The notes: generated by a model not told the origin, from the sequence alone. A DNA stretch of 64,000 nt from a virus (IMGVR_UViG_3300050821_002963:67525-131524); one strand, 5' to 3'. Positions 45,705 to 56,557 are shown, numbered from the stretch's first letter. Program-made: numbers and translations.

Positions 45705-46307
45705 ATGGACACAAAAGAACAGTTGAAAGATTTAATTCTGAAGTTGCATAACGAACTGGGAGTGGTGGTGGAGCCAACGTACCCGAGAATTCTGGTACGA
45801 GAACTTCCGAAAGAGCAGATAGTCGGCGGTATCTACTTACCAGATTGGCAGAAGCACCAGCAGAACAAGCCGGCATCGGAAGGCGTGGTCATAAAAACCT
45901 ACAAGCCTCTATTCGTTCCTGTTTCCAAAGTCGGTCGGATGGAAATAGATGAGATGGGAAATATGGCTGCGGTCAAGAGACAGTTTATTGACGATGACGG
46001 GAAAACTCTTGGCTATTGGTTGGAGTCCAAGTTGCAGGCGGGAGACCACATCTTGTACCCGCATATGGAATTTGGCATAGTTCCGGTGGAGCCTTTGGAC
46101 GAAGGCAAGGGAGATTACAAGATGGTGCCAGAGGGAATCATCGTTAGCAGGTTGCATTACGAACAAGAGAAGACCAAGGATTGGTTGGAGCAATGGTTTA
46201 GAAAAAATACTTATGAAGATTGGCCACAAGAAGTGGCAGATGATTTATTGCAGAACGCGGACGTGATTCGGAAGGATGTTGTAGCAAAGACACTTTCGGG
46301 AAGGTAA
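45705..46307 (+). CDS. GroES/Cpn10-like co-chaperonin with insertion and C-terminal extension
   Basis: 'EPTYPRILVR', 'GGIYLPD', 'EGVVI', 'LQAGDHILY'. Confidence 0.65.
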   Translation: MDTKEQLKDLILKLHNELGVVVEPTYPRILVRELPKEQIVGGIYLPDWQKHQQNKPASEGVVIKTYKPLFVPVSKVGRMEIDEMGNMAAVKRQFIDDDGKTLGYWLESKLQAGDHILYPHMEFGIVPVEPLDEGKGDYKMVPEGIIVSRLHYEQEKTKDWLEQWFRKNTYEDWPQEVADDLLQNADVIRKDVVAKTLSGR

Positions 46308-46310
46308 CAG

Positions 46311-48089
46311 TTGCCGGTAACAGCGTTCGCCCCAAAGAACAAGTTCATCTCCGCGTTCGACCCGGCAATCGCCAGAGCCCAGTTGCAAGCTTTACAAACT
46401 TTGGAGAAAGCATGGGGACGGTCAAAGATTTGTGAACAGTATATGATGATTCTCTCCAAAAAAGAGTATCGTCTGAAAACTGGTTCGACACGGCTGATAC
46501 CTTTCCGGCTTTCCTCAATTCAAGAAGATTTACAGAACACAGCAGCGCCAAGAAATATCACGGTCAAGCCCAGACAGATTGGGTCCACGACTTGGCACAT
46601 CATATGTCGGTTGTTCCTGGCTTCGATTCTGGAGCCGGGGACATCCGGCCTATTAATTTCCCAGACGAAAGGATATGGCGCTCAGCACTTTAGAATTTTC
46701 CTTCGCGCACTAAAGAACTTCGGAAGAACTCCCGCCTTTATCGGGCAAGTTGGTTCTAAGCTGATGAATCAATTCGCAGACGACCTCCAGCATCATTTAT
46801 TGCACACACAGTATTCGGCTCGGCATGAGATTCTGTTTGATTTCCTGGATTCAAAAGTTTTGGTGGACACGGCTGAGAATCCGGATGCGGGCACTGGTCT
46901 GACCATCAATCATCTTGTTGCGACGGAGGTTGCATATTGGAAACGAGATCCGGAAACTCTTTTAGCGCAGGCCAAGGAAGCCATCCCATCGACCGGAACC
47001 ATGGATTTGGAATCAACACCGAACGGGATGGGCGGATACTTTTTTGAGGAATGGCAGAGGGCACAGGAACCATTGGCTGAGTTCAGGTCGCACTTCTATC
47101 CGTGGTGGCAGCAGAAGGAATATCAAGCGGAACATCTCAGGGAAGAAAAATATCAAGCCGGAAACATCGTTGTAGATTTTGAGGACAAGCCGGTAACGGA
47201 CGCAGAGCTAAAAATGGCGAAGGAATTTGCTTGGACCATGAAGCAGATTGCCTGGAAGCGCGGCAAGGTTATTTCCCTGAGAAAGCGGTTCGAGGAAAAG
47301 TATCCTGAAAATTCCAGCACTTGTTTCCTCACGACGGGCGACCTGTACTTCGATAAGGATACGCTCAGAGATATCAAGATGCGGATAATGAAAGAGAAGC
47401 CCATAGAAACTTTCCACGAAGGGACGCTGAAGATTTACAAGCGCAGAATTCCTGGTAGGAGATACATCATCGGCGCGGACTGTGCAGAGGGGAGACTTAT
47501 TTCCACGGATAATCCGGACCGGAACGCGGCGGTGGTTTTGGAGATGGAAACGGGAGAGGAATGTGCTGCGTACAGCTCGGTGCTTCCGCCAGAAGATTTT
47601 GCTCAGGATTTGGTGGACCTTGCGGAAATGTACAATCGGGCCCAGATTGCTCCTGAGAGAAACGGCCCGGGGCAGACTGTGATTCTGGCAATCACGCGCC
47701 AGCTTTTATATGGCAACATTTATATGCACAAGGAATGGCACAAGGAAAAGAAAACCGTTATTCCAATTGCCGGCTTTCCAACGACACCACGCACCAGGCC
47801 AATTGCCTGTAACAGGCTGGGGGCCATGCTGAGGGAAGCCCCTGAATTTTGGCACGATGAGGAAGCGATAAATGAGTGCCTAACTTTTGTGTGGATGGCC
47901 ACAAATAAAACCCAATTCGGCGGCAAGAGAACTCCGCAGGGAGCTCAGGGTTGCAAAGACGACCGCGTGGCAGCGAGATGGGTTGCTGCATATTGTCGGC
48001 TCGTTGGGCTTGGGTATTTGGACCCCATCGAAGTCCCATCCGAGCGGTATGGGGATTACGAAGGCTGGGAAGAGGAAGATGCGGCATAG
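46311..48089 (+). CDS. terL: Terminase large subunit
   Basis: KPRQIGST (Walker A), LVATEVAYW (Walker B variant), ESTPNG, YIIGAD..EG, ERNGPG, DDRV. Confidence 0.9.
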   Translation: MPVTAFAPKNKFISAFDPAIARAQLQALQTLEKAWGRSKICEQYMMILSKKEYRLKTGSTRLIPFRLSSIQEDLQNTAAPRNITVKPRQIGSTTWHIICRLFLASILEPGTSGLLISQTKGYGAQHFRIFLRALKNFGRTPAFIGQVGSKLMNQFADDLQHHLLHTQYSARHEILFDFLDSKVLVDTAENPDAGTGLTINHLVATEVAYWKRDPETLLAQAKEAIPSTGTMDLESTPNGMGGYFFEEWQRAQEPLAEFRSHFYPWWQQKEYQAEHLREEKYQAGNIVVDFEDKPVTDAELKMAKEFAWTMKQIAWKRGKVISLRKRFEEKYPENSSTCFLTTGDLYFDKDTLRDIKMRIMKEKPIETFHEGTLKIYKRRIPGRRYIIGADCAEGRLISTDNPDRNAAVVLEMETGEECAAYSSVLPPEDFAQDLVDLAEMYNRAQIAPERNGPGQTVILAITRQLLYGNIYMHKEWHKEKKTVIPIAGFPTTPRTRPIACNRLGAMLREAPEFWHDEEAINECLTFVWMATNKTQFGGKRTPQGAQGCKDDRVAARWVAAYCRLVGLGYLDPIEVPSERYGDYEGWEEEDAA

Positions 48090-48116
48090 TCCCTATAGTC
48101 GCTGCGTATATGGGTA

Positions 48117-48145
48117 TTGACATTAGATACGAAATAACCTATACT
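48117..48145 (+). promoter_or_regulatory. sigma70-type promoter P1
   Basis: TTGACA-17 nt-TATACT. Confidence 0.85.
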
Positions 48146-48396
48146 TTTGTTGTGGGGGATCTCGGAAAATAGCCCACACTTTACGGTACAAAGTTGAGAT
48201 GGCTCCCTCGTTGGGAGCCGTTTCCATTTCTGGAGGCGATTATGGCAAAACTGGATTCACAGAGCATTGGCTACTACGTTTACACCCTGAGCGCAGTGCG
48301 GGCTCGGCTACGTCGCGGGGCAAAAGCGGTTCAGCTTTTTGAACCGAACACGGGCAGACTTATTAATGTCACGAAAAAGAGTTCTCAGGAGGCGTT

Positions 48397-48699
48397 ATGA
48401 AAATGGCAAAGCAACATCTTGTGAGGAAAACGAAGCGGGAAAAAGCACAGCTGCAAGAAGTGAAGCCAAAATTCAAGCCGGTAAAAGTTGTGCTGAAGCA
48501 CGAAGGGGAAACGGTGAACGGCCCAATCGGCCCACTTTTCTTCGAGGGCCCTAAGGGCTTTCGCCAGACGTCACCTGTGTTCCTGGATTTGAGTCAGCCG
48601 TCCGAGATGCACAAGGCCGGATATTTCCCAGCTTGGTTTAATTACCGCCAAGCGACTCGTATAGCCAAGAAACTTCGTCTTCCGATTGAGATTTTTTGA
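48397..48699 (+). CDS. Hypothetical protein
   Basis: AGGAGG RBS. Confidence 0.6.
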   Translation: MKMAKQHLVRKTKREKAQLQEVKPKFKPVKVVLKHEGETVNGPIGPLFFEGPKGFRQTSPVFLDLSQPSEMHKAGYFPAWFNYRQATRIAKKLRLPIEIF

Positions 48700-48931
48700 T
48701 TAGCAGTAAAATTTGTCTCGCTTCGGCGGGGCCGGAAAAGAGAAAAAGCATGACGAACGTAACAGTGAACGGAAAGCCGGTGGAGCAGTATCTGAAAAAA
48801 GAACGCGACAATGAGGTTGAACAATTTGTACAATTTGAGTTTAGGGCTGCGTCTCGGTTCGGCCGTGGGCTCAATTCTCAGCCAGTGAATATCCTCAGCC
48901 GACCAAAAGCTGTTGGGCAGAAGGAGGTGAA

Positions 48932-49123
48932 GTGATGGAAACGTCTCTAAGGAAAGATGACCTGCTGGTCATCCGGGAACACGGTGGCCAGCAAACGATC
49001 GTATCTGTACATCCTTGGGATCATGGGAAGGGTACGATGCTGGCGGTAGAGGAAGCCGCGGAACTCTTTGCCCATTCCGGCATCAAGCACGTGGTGGCGG
49101 AAGTTAAATTGGTGTACCGATGA
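48932..49123 (+). CDS. Hypothetical protein
   Basis: AAGGAGGTG RBS. Confidence 0.55.
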   Translation: MMETSLRKDDLLVIREHGGQQTIVSVHPWDHGKGTMLAVEEAAELFAHSGIKHVVAEVKLVYR

Positions 49124-49308
49124 TGAAACCAAAAGTCAAGCTCGTCGGAACGAACGGCAACATCTTTAATACGCTTGCGATTTGCTCCAAGGCCCTGAAG
49201 GCCTCCGGGCAGCCGGAGAAGGCTCAGGAACTCCAAGAGAAAGTGTTCTCGGCACACAGCTACGATGAGGCTTTGGCAGCTTGCCTCACCTACGTGGAGG
49301 CGTCATGA
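49120..49308 (+). CDS. Conserved small phage protein
   Basis: 'KLVGTNGNIFN...SYDEAL' motif. Confidence 0.65.
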   Translation: MMKPKVKLVGTNGNIFNTLAICSKALKASGQPEKAQELQEKVFSAHSYDEALAACLTYVEAS

Positions 49309-49855
49309 CAGTCGATGAAAAGTTTCCTTGGGTGAAACACACGGGAGCGCGGGGCGGGTACACGGCTGAGGCTTCGTTGTTGGAATACAATCATCAGTCG
49401 TCCTGCCCGGTTTGCGGCTTAGAAGTTTTCAGGCAGCGGGCCTTGCCTACGAAACCACGTGAGCTTGGGGCAATCTTCGACACGGATGGAGACATCCAAT
49501 GCTGGGAAGGGAAGTGCAGTTGCGGGACGGACCTTATCATCTTTAACGATTGAGCCTTGGAGGAGGCGAACATGAGAGAACTTATATTGGTGTATCTGGA
49601 AGAGCAGAGAGCGTTGCAGAAGAGAATTCTGGAGCCGGTGGACAAACACGACACATACGCCCGTGGTTACCAGGACGGGGCTCTGGAAACTCTCCAGCAG
49701 TTGAAGTTGTGGGCCGAGCAGTTGGATGAAGTGGCAGCGTAATTCAAATCTAGCACGAAGGGAGAAATGGAAATGGCATCTTATATATTACGGACCTTGC
49801 CGGGCTGGTTGTTTCGGGTTTACCTGAGACTCCGGTACCCGGCTCGGCCAGAAAT

Positions 49856-50197
49856 GTGGATACTCTAATGGCCAGGCAATCTCAGAGGGTGCTTGAGGCC
49901 CAACGTAGAGAGGCTGAGTTCCAGCGGAAGAAGGCCTTGGTTCGGTTCGAGTGCGACGAGGACCGGCTGAGGAATTTCTTCGAGCCTGATGAAGAGGGTC
50001 GCGACGTGGACGACTTTATTCGCGACTACCTATTAACCGAGCAGCAGCGATACGAGCTGTTCAAACGGAAGTGCACGGTCAACGAAATCATGAACGGCCG
50101 TGTTGAGCAAAGAGACGGAGACGGCTACGATGAGTTCGAGGCCGGGCTCTTTGCAGATTGGAACGAGAAGCTGGGTCAGAAGTGCTTTGGATTTTGA
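49856..50197 (+). CDS. Hypothetical protein
   Basis: 113-aa ORF in a gene-dense run; start uncertain. Confidence 0.5.
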   Translation: MDTLMARQSQRVLEAQRREAEFQRKKALVRFECDEDRLRNFFEPDEEGRDVDDFIRDYLLTEQQRYELFKRKCTVNEIMNGRVEQRDGDGYDEFEAGLFADWNEKLGQKCFGF

Positions 50198-50214
50198 ACG
50201 AAGGGAGAAAAAGA

Positions 50215-50886
50215 ATGAGCATGGCAGCAGCGCAAGCGTACTTCGAAGTGGACCACGCGTTAATCAAGAAGTGCCGGGGCTGTAGTGAGGAAATCTTTCT
50301 TCACCAGTCGCGGAGAAATGGGCAGTGGTATTCGACCAGCGTTTTAACCCGACAGGACGGAGCCGGGAATACCATAAAGGTCACGAGCCGTACGAACTTC
50401 CATCATTGCGACCCTGTCGCGAAAGCGAGGTACCAAACACAGCAGCAAGCCAAGCAACAGAACCTGTTCCAGCCAAAATTAAACGTGGCCGGGATTCAGG
50501 CTCTCTTCGACAAGGCCATGCTGCATCTGAAGAATCCTAAAATCTGGTTGCAGACCAAAAGCGGGAAGCCGGTACGGCTGCATCGGGCTGGGGCCATGTC
50601 GAGGTACAAGGGCCAGCTGATGGTGACGGACGGAGAAGATTTCGGGCAGAACATATTCTATGGTCGCATTGACCAGGCCGGAGTCTTCGATGAGCGGGAT
50701 GAGTCGACGCAGGAAGTGCGGGAGGTGCTCCAGGAACTCAGCAACGATCCAGCGGGCACAGCATCGAAATACGGGAAGCTCACCGGCAACTGCTGCTTCT
50801 GCCACAGGAAGTTGGAAGACGAGCGGTCCACGGCCGTTGGTTACGGCCCAATCTGTGCAGACCATTACCAGCTCCCGTGGGGGTGA
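50215..50886 (+). CDS. Zn-binding protein with DUF6011-like C-terminus
   Basis: 'CCFCHRKLEDERSTAVGYGPICA'; GGGAG RBS. Confidence 0.7.
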   Translation: MSMAAAQAYFEVDHALIKKCRGCSEEIFLHQSRRNGQWYSTSVLTRQDGAGNTIKVTSRTNFHHCDPVAKARYQTQQQAKQQNLFQPKLNVAGIQALFDKAMLHLKNPKIWLQTKSGKPVRLHRAGAMSRYKGQLMVTDGEDFGQNIFYGRIDQAGVFDERDESTQEVREVLQELSNDPAGTASKYGKLTGNCCFCHRKLEDERSTAVGYGPICADHYQLPWG

Positions 50887-51282
50887 GCTAACGATGAGTG
50901 ATAATTGGGAGCATTTAACTCGGAAGGAACGGGCAGCAATCGTGGAGAAGCGTTCTCCAAAAAAGCCTGGCTCGGTTTGTGCCAGGTGTGGTCGAACGGT
51001 AACAGAAGAGGAGTACTCCAGCGGTGAACCTGTTTGCTGCGGAGATTTCGTCATAGCAGAGGAGGATTATAAATAGATGAGACTAATCCTATGGCCCTTA
51101 GTCTTTGCGTTGTACGTCCTGGAGGCTCTGGACGAGTTACGGTGGCGTATGTGGCTGGCGATGTGGGTTACCGCGAACTACGTACTTGGCACAAAGCCTC
51201 ACCTGGAACTGGCCTGCATTATGCTGAGACGGAAAGCGGCTCAGCAACGTCTCAGGGTTTCACGAACTATATGGAGGAGAAA

Positions 51283-51555
51283 ATGAAACTCGACTTCGAA
51301 CAACGACAGAGAGCCAATGCCCTTGTGGCTGAGGTTCAAGACGACGTGGATTTGGCAGCGGAGGAGATAATCGGCCTTCGAGATTTGTTGGAGAAGTTAT
51401 ACAGGGCTTCCTCTGGCTTTGCTATTATGCGGGAAGACCAAGCGTCCCCGGACGAGCTGGTAGTTGGGCACATTCGGGGAACAATAATTCATGCTGGTGA
51501 GCTCAGACAGTTGAATGAGGCTTTGAGGGCAGTGGAAGAAGCGAAGGAGGATTAA
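51283..51555 (+). CDS. Hypothetical protein
   Basis: GGAGGAG RBS. Confidence 0.55.
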   Translation: MKLDFEQRQRANALVAEVQDDVDLAAEEIIGLRDLLEKLYRASSGFAIMREDQASPDELVVGHIRGTIIHAGELRQLNEALRAVEEAKED

Positions 51556-51559
51556 CTTC

Positions 51560-51588
51560 TGGACATTAGATAAAGAAAATTCTATACT
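51560..51588 (+). promoter_or_regulatory. sigma70-type promoter P2
   Basis: TGGACA-17 nt-TATACT; spacer begins TTAGATA as in P1. Confidence 0.75.
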
Positions 51589-51629
51589 TTTCCGATGGAG
51601 AATCTCAGCTTAAAGAACAGGAGAATAGC

Positions 51630-52664
51630 ATGGCGAACGAAAAGAAGTTCGAAGTTGCGGGAAATGTTTCCATCGCCCACTCTGGCAAGACGACGGTGAT
51701 GGAGAAGGAGGAATTTGAAAAAGCGGTCGATACCGTTTCGGCAGGAGCTGGACAATCCCTGACGGAAATGTACGACCGCTACTCACGATTGCTCTACGTC
51801 ATCGACGCGTCTGGTTCGATGGGCGACGGGCTGCTCTCGGAAGATACCATCAGGCAGTTCAAGTGGACGCCCGAGATTCTGGAAGCCTTCCGGAAGCAGA
51901 TGGACAAGGACGGGTACTTCACAAAGATGGCAGCCAAGAAAAGCGTGGCGGACATAGACGAAGAGGATGAATTCGACGAGGACGACGAGGAAGATTTTGA
52001 GGAAGAAGAGCCGGAGTTTACATCGGCATACGACCTCAGCGACGACCAGCTGAAGTGGGAAATTGTTTCTAACAATCTCCAATATGAGTATGATGTGAAC
52101 CTTCCGACGGATTATCAATTCCGGAGGAAAGGACGTTCCAAGATGATGGCTGTGAAAGACGCGGCCAAGGGATTCGTCGGGGAGCGTTTCAAAAAGTTCT
52201 CGGATGCAAAAGTCGGCGTCTTCAAGTTCGAGGACAATCCGGAGCTGATGGTTTCTCCGGGTGCTTCCGAACAGGAAGTCATAAACGCAATCAATCGGCT
52301 GCCGGATGGCGGCGGTGGCGGAACAAATATATACAGGGCTGTGGACCGGGCTGTGAACGAGTTGCAAAAGCGCGGCTCGGAACTGAAGCTGAACCATATC
52401 GTCCTCGTCTCGGACGGGGCAGACCACGGGGCTATCAATATCAAAAACCTCGTTCCCAACATGAAGGCGAACGGCATCGTTTTCGACTTCATCTATATCA
52501 AAGGGCCGGGGCAGGACCCCACAGCGGAGGCGGTCGGGGAAGTTCTCAAAGGCGTCTGTGAAGCCACGGGCGGAGAATATACGGTCGTCACTACGGAGAA
52601 GGACTTCGAGGTGAAATTCCTTGCGGTCTCGAACCGGCCTTTGCTTCCGCCGGCAAGAAGTTGA
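51630..52664 (+). CDS. vWA domain protein with acidic insertion
   Basis: MIDAS DASGSM, GGGTNI, LVSDG. Confidence 0.85.
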   Translation: MANEKKFEVAGNVSIAHSGKTTVMEKEEFEKAVDTVSAGAGQSLTEMYDRYSRLLYVIDASGSMGDGLLSEDTIRQFKWTPEILEAFRKQMDKDGYFTKMAAKKSVADIDEEDEFDEDDEEDFEEEEPEFTSAYDLSDDQLKWEIVSNNLQYEYDVNLPTDYQFRRKGRSKMMAVKDAAKGFVGERFKKFSDAKVGVFKFEDNPELMVSPGASEQEVINAINRLPDGGGGGTNIYRAVDRAVNELQKRGSELKLNHIVLVSDGADHGAINIKNLVPNMKANGIVFDFIYIKGPGQDPTAEAVGEVLKGVCEATGGEYTVVTTEKDFEVKFLAVSNRPLLPPARS

Positions 52665-52972
52665 GAATTCGGCCAAGCGGAACTGTACAATATAGATTGG
52701 AGGACGGTATGCCGGGAATTGTGATAAATGTCCGGAAGTCGGACATCAGACATATCCGTATCAGCTGCCGCTGTGGGAGACAGACGATTGCAGAAATCCC
52801 ACAGCAGGTGGCTGCGGCTATGAACCTTCACGTTTGCGGATGCGGTGCTGGATACGGAATACAGCAGCAGGCATCCGGGCAGTGGGAAATCAAACGCATG
52901 GTGGATTCGGTTTCGGATATGGCTGTGATGGATGCGGAGCAAGCGGCAGAGAAAAAAGATTGGAAGATGTAA
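52661..52972 (+). CDS. Zinc-ribbon hypothetical protein
   Basis: CRCG...CGCG. Confidence 0.5.
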   Translation: MRIRPSGTVQYRLEDGMPGIVINVRKSDIRHIRISCRCGRQTIAEIPQQVAAAMNLHVCGCGAGYGIQQQASGQWEIKRMVDSVSDMAVMDAEQAAEKKDWKM

Positions 52973-54145
52973 ATGGCTCGGATTTGGTTCAGCTATGGTG
53001 GGCAGTGGCTTAATTTAGGCACAGCCCACTCGTTTACGTTTACTGTCAAAACACAGAAAGGAAAAGGCATGCCAAGAGGGAGACACAGAGTACCAAGAAC
53101 GCCGAAAGTAAAAGTCCCAAAGCCGGCGAAGATACCACGGCCAAAGACCAAGGACCTGCGTATGGTTCTGAAGGGGCTGGTAACAGTTTCCATTCAGAAT
53201 CGTATCGCGTCATTGTCCTACGCTTTGCAGTGGTACGATGGGGCCCTTCACTATCTCATTACGAAGGGGCTTATCACTCCGGCCTTGACCAAGACGTTGG
53301 AGATAGCGGTGAAGTGCCGGAAGCAGGGCATCGGCACGAACATAGACCATGAGAAGGAAGCGGCTTTCCTCATGGCTATCAGACAGTATGAGAAAGCAGC
53401 GGCTTCACTGAAGCCCCCTTCGGTGGATTCGTTCGTAAAACTGTTTCAGGCCAAAAAAGCGGAGATGGAACTGAAGCAGCAGAAACTTCTAGCGAAGTTC
53501 GGGAACATCATCGAGATGCTCCAGAAGTCCATCGGCAACAGAGTCAAGTTGGAAGTGGCCGATGCTCCGAAGGAGGTGCAGTACAATCCGGCTATGACTT
53601 CGCTCAGCTATAATCGCGACGCAGCTAAGAATCTGGCCCTCAAGTTTCGAGCAGAGGGCCTCTTGGCCGTGTTCGTGGACCAGCTGGATGTGTTAGCCAA
53701 GCACGCGGCTCTACAATCGGATGGGAAAGGCGGTTGGGAATACAGCGTGGACCGGCACCTGGAAGTGGAACGGGCCATGCTCCTATCCTTTATCGAGTTC
53801 GCGAAAACGGGGGATGCTCCGGGCAAATTGGTACGCTCTGGTAACTTTGCACCCAAGACCCCAAGACAGCCCGGCTCAGGGGCTCCTAGAGTCTTCCATA
53901 AGGGTCCTAAAGTCGCTGGGCTCTACGTTCAGGGCTCTGCCGGGGCCACGGTCTACGAGCGACTCATAGATGGGAAGCCGTGGAAGTTCGTGGATCTCTT
54001 TAACGGCATCAGCTTCGCGAACCCAGTTTGGCTCGTGCGGAGAATGGTCCGGCACGGGAAGACGACCGGAGTGTGGGAAGTTGTGGCCGATGAGAAAAAG
54101 GGCACGGCCCACATGACCAAGCTCCCAGCGGGGGTGCAGCCGTGA
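52973..54145 (+). CDS. Hypothetical protein with C-terminal winged-helix-like domain (start may be 53069)
   Basis: 390-aa ORF; C-terminal domain aligns by eye with domains in 30452 and 60449. Confidence 0.7.
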   Translation: MARIWFSYGGQWLNLGTAHSFTFTVKTQKGKGMPRGRHRVPRTPKVKVPKPAKIPRPKTKDLRMVLKGLVTVSIQNRIASLSYALQWYDGALHYLITKGLITPALTKTLEIAVKCRKQGIGTNIDHEKEAAFLMAIRQYEKAAASLKPPSVDSFVKLFQAKKAEMELKQQKLLAKFGNIIEMLQKSIGNRVKLEVADAPKEVQYNPAMTSLSYNRDAAKNLALKFRAEGLLAVFVDQLDVLAKHAALQSDGKGGWEYSVDRHLEVERAMLLSFIEFAKTGDAPGKLVRSGNFAPKTPRQPGSGAPRVFHKGPKVAGLYVQGSAGATVYERLIDGKPWKFVDLFNGISFANPVWLVRRMVRHGKTTGVWEVVADEKKGTAHMTKLPAGVQP

Positions 54146-54361
54146 AATTCTTAGTCACCGTTACACGAATCTATGGCAAAGAAATTGAGGCCAAGGATGA
54201 GACAGAAGCCTGCAAGTTGGCCGGCGAATGGAAACCAACAGATGAAGACATGGACGAGGAGACGATAGAGGTGGAGCAATGATGAACCTACTGAACTGGG
54301 TGTCGGCCAATCCTTGGATGACTGGCATCATTCTCGTGCTCTTCTTTGGTGGCATTGAGGA

Positions 54362-54739
54362 GTGTATTCGGGCTGCCAGAGGGAAGCGGTCATGAGGCTC
54401 TTTCGCGTATTCAACAGAGCACGTGCTGGTCGTTGGTTCTTTGCGGAGTCTGAGGCTAGGGCCAGAGTCTTGGCTCTAGCTGATGGCTTCGTCCGGAAGC
54501 CGGAGAATATCACAGCCGTGAAGGACCAGACGGATTTCTTTCGGACTGAGAACCCAACCGACGTGGATGCTGTGAAGGTGGAAGGTACAGCCTGCGTCTT
54601 GGTTCAAGGGCCAACAAACGGGGCTGAAGTCATAAAACTTATTCTAGCTGGGAAGAAGCCTGAATACTCCCGGTCGTGGTGCGTGTACGACCCAATCCAG
54701 AAGAAAACGGTGCGGGACTTGTCAAAAGGAATTTCGTAG
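54362..54739 (+). CDS. Hypothetical protein
   Basis: ORF in the + strand run; start uncertain. Confidence 0.5.
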   Translation: MYSGCQREAVMRLFRVFNRARAGRWFFAESEARARVLALADGFVRKPENITAVKDQTDFFRTENPTDVDAVKVEGTACVLVQGPTNGAEVIKLILAGKKPEYSRSWCVYDPIQKKTVRDLSKGIS

Positions 54740-54754
54740 AAAGGAATTGAGCTC

Positions 54755-55240
54755 ATGGACCCAAGCTCGATTGCGGCACTGGAACGGAACCTGAAGACGA
54801 TGGGAGGGAAACCTGTTGGGGAAGATGCCGAGAATATCATCTGGCAGCTCCCTAATGGGATGCGCTGGCCGGTAGAGAAAATGGACAAGGGTTTGGTCTT
54901 GTCCAAGGAACAAGCGACGGGCAAGAAACCATTGCCACCAAAGCAGCTCCTGGCCCTGCCGGAGCCCACCCATAGTGTTGCCTTGGTTAAGGCTCCAGTG
55001 CCGGAGCGAGAAGAGCCTATGGTTCAGAAAGAAGTTACGGCATCCAGCCTTCTGAACCAGATGGTTCCTATCAATCGGCGGAGAGGAGATTGCAAGAGAA
55101 GGGCGGATTGCAAGACGCAGAAAGGCCACAGTCTTTCTCCCGAGTTCGTGAGGGAAGCGGACCGGATTTTCAAAGAGAAGGGTAGGGCTGCGGCCCAGGA
55201 GTTCATCAGAAGTAAACGGGACCTCTGGAGTGCGAGATAA
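54755..55240 (+). CDS. Hypothetical protein
   Basis: 161-aa ORF with AAGGA RBS. Confidence 0.55.
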   Translation: MDPSSIAALERNLKTMGGKPVGEDAENIIWQLPNGMRWPVEKMDKGLVLSKEQATGKKPLPPKQLLALPEPTHSVALVKAPVPEREEPMVQKEVTASSLLNQMVPINRRRGDCKRRADCKTQKGHSLSPEFVREADRIFKEKGRAAAQEFIRSKRDLWSAR

Positions 55241-55257
55241 GGATAGAAGGAGATGAA

Positions 55258-56112
55258 ATGGCAAAACCTGTGTTGAAGGAAGGTACCAAGACAACGATTC
55301 CACTGGACAGCATCAGAGAGGAACTGTTCGTGAGGAAAGGGGGGTTGGACCAGGACCATGTGATTCAGTTGATGCTTATTTATGACGCTGGCGGCAAGCT
55401 GCCACCAATTCAAGTTACGCCGGATTGGGTTTTGGTGGATGGCCGGCACAGATTGGAAGCGATGCGAGCAGCAGACATGAAAGAAGCCGAAGTGGAAGTG
55501 ATGTCCACCAAAGGCTTGGATAAAAACGGTCTGCTTCTGAAAGCCTTCGAAGCCAATCTTGGCGGCTCTCTGCCACCGAAAACGGAAGATATCAAATACA
55601 CCATCAAGCAGCTTCTTCTGCACGGCTGGTCGGAGCGGAAGATTGAGGGAGAGCTTCCCTACCCAAAGAGCGTGGCACACAGATACGTCAGGGACGCGGC
55701 TCTGGAGCGGAACAGGGATCAGAGAATCGTGGCCATCCAGTTGCTGGCGAAGGGCCATACTCTGGCCATGGCTGCGAAGGAGTCCGGCGTAACGGAAGGG
55801 GAGCTGAAGGCGGCTCTGGATGGGGCCAGGAAAAAGCAAGTGAACATGGCTTCCAGAAAAGGGGCTATAGCTACCCAGTTCAGAAACCTGAACATGGGCT
55901 TGGGAAAAATGTTCACGCAGATGATGGAGGATTTCGGGACTGGCAATCTGCGGGAAGAAACAGTTTGGGAACACTTGAACCACGCGTTGCGTCTGGCCGA
56001 AGGAACGGTGAGGCAAATCGTGGACAAGAAAAAGAGATTCGAGACGGAGATAGAGCAAAGAAATTCTCTGTCCACCGGCTCGAAAGCTGTACACGAACTG
56101 GCACAGCAGTAG
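55258..56112 (+). CDS. ParB N-terminal domain protein with HTH
   Basis: 'LPPIQV...LVDGRHRLEA', 'GWSERKI'; AAGGAG RBS. Confidence 0.8.
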   Translation: MAKPVLKEGTKTTIPLDSIREELFVRKGGLDQDHVIQLMLIYDAGGKLPPIQVTPDWVLVDGRHRLEAMRAADMKEAEVEVMSTKGLDKNGLLLKAFEANLGGSLPPKTEDIKYTIKQLLLHGWSERKIEGELPYPKSVAHRYVRDAALERNRDQRIVAIQLLAKGHTLAMAAKESGVTEGELKAALDGARKKQVNMASRKGAIATQFRNLNMGLGKMFTQMMEDFGTGNLREETVWEHLNHALRLAEGTVRQIVDKKKRFETEIEQRNSLSTGSKAVHELAQQ

Positions 56113-56152
56113 AAATAAAATAGTAAATTAAAAAGGACGAAGGGAGAAACAA

Positions 56153-56557
56153 ATGAAGAGTATTACTCAAGCAATCCGAGACGTACGAGAGCAGTACGAA
56201 GAAGCTATGGAAGAGTCACTCCGAGCTCAGCAAAAAGCAGCTTCTTTGGCTGAGGCTCTGGAAATGCTGAATGGTTTGCCAGCACTGGTCAATGGCACAG
56301 GCAAAGTAGGTCGTAAGGTGTCTGTGGCAAAGCAGGTGGCGACTCCAATATCTCTCAATAAGCCGGGAACGAAGTTTTGGCCGGCTGTGTACCAGCAGCT
56401 GCTCTCCGGTTCCAAAGAGTACACGGTAAAGGAACTCGTAACGGCTGCGTCACAGCGACGCTCAGGAGATCGTAAGGCGGCGTATGGCGGGTTTTCCTAC
56501 TTGCTGAGGATAGGGGTCATCAAGCGGGAAGGAGATAAGGTTATCTGGAACAAATGA
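56153..56557 (+). CDS. Coiled-coil + winged-helix protein
   Basis: 'EYTVKEL...YLLRIGVIKREGD' wHTH pattern. Confidence 0.6.
   Translation: MKSITQAIRDVREQYEEAMEESLRAQQKAASLAEALEMLNGLPALVNGTGKVGRKVSVAKQVATPISLNKPGTKFWPAVYQQLLSGSKEYTVKELVTAASQRRSGDRKAAYGGFSYLLRIGVIKREGDKVIWNK

Noticed and set aside
51783-56094. Long minus-strand ORFs (51783..52676, 55024..56094; likewise 42939..43772, 32570..33349)
   Set aside because: Antisense shadows of well-supported + strand genes with no recognisable motifs.
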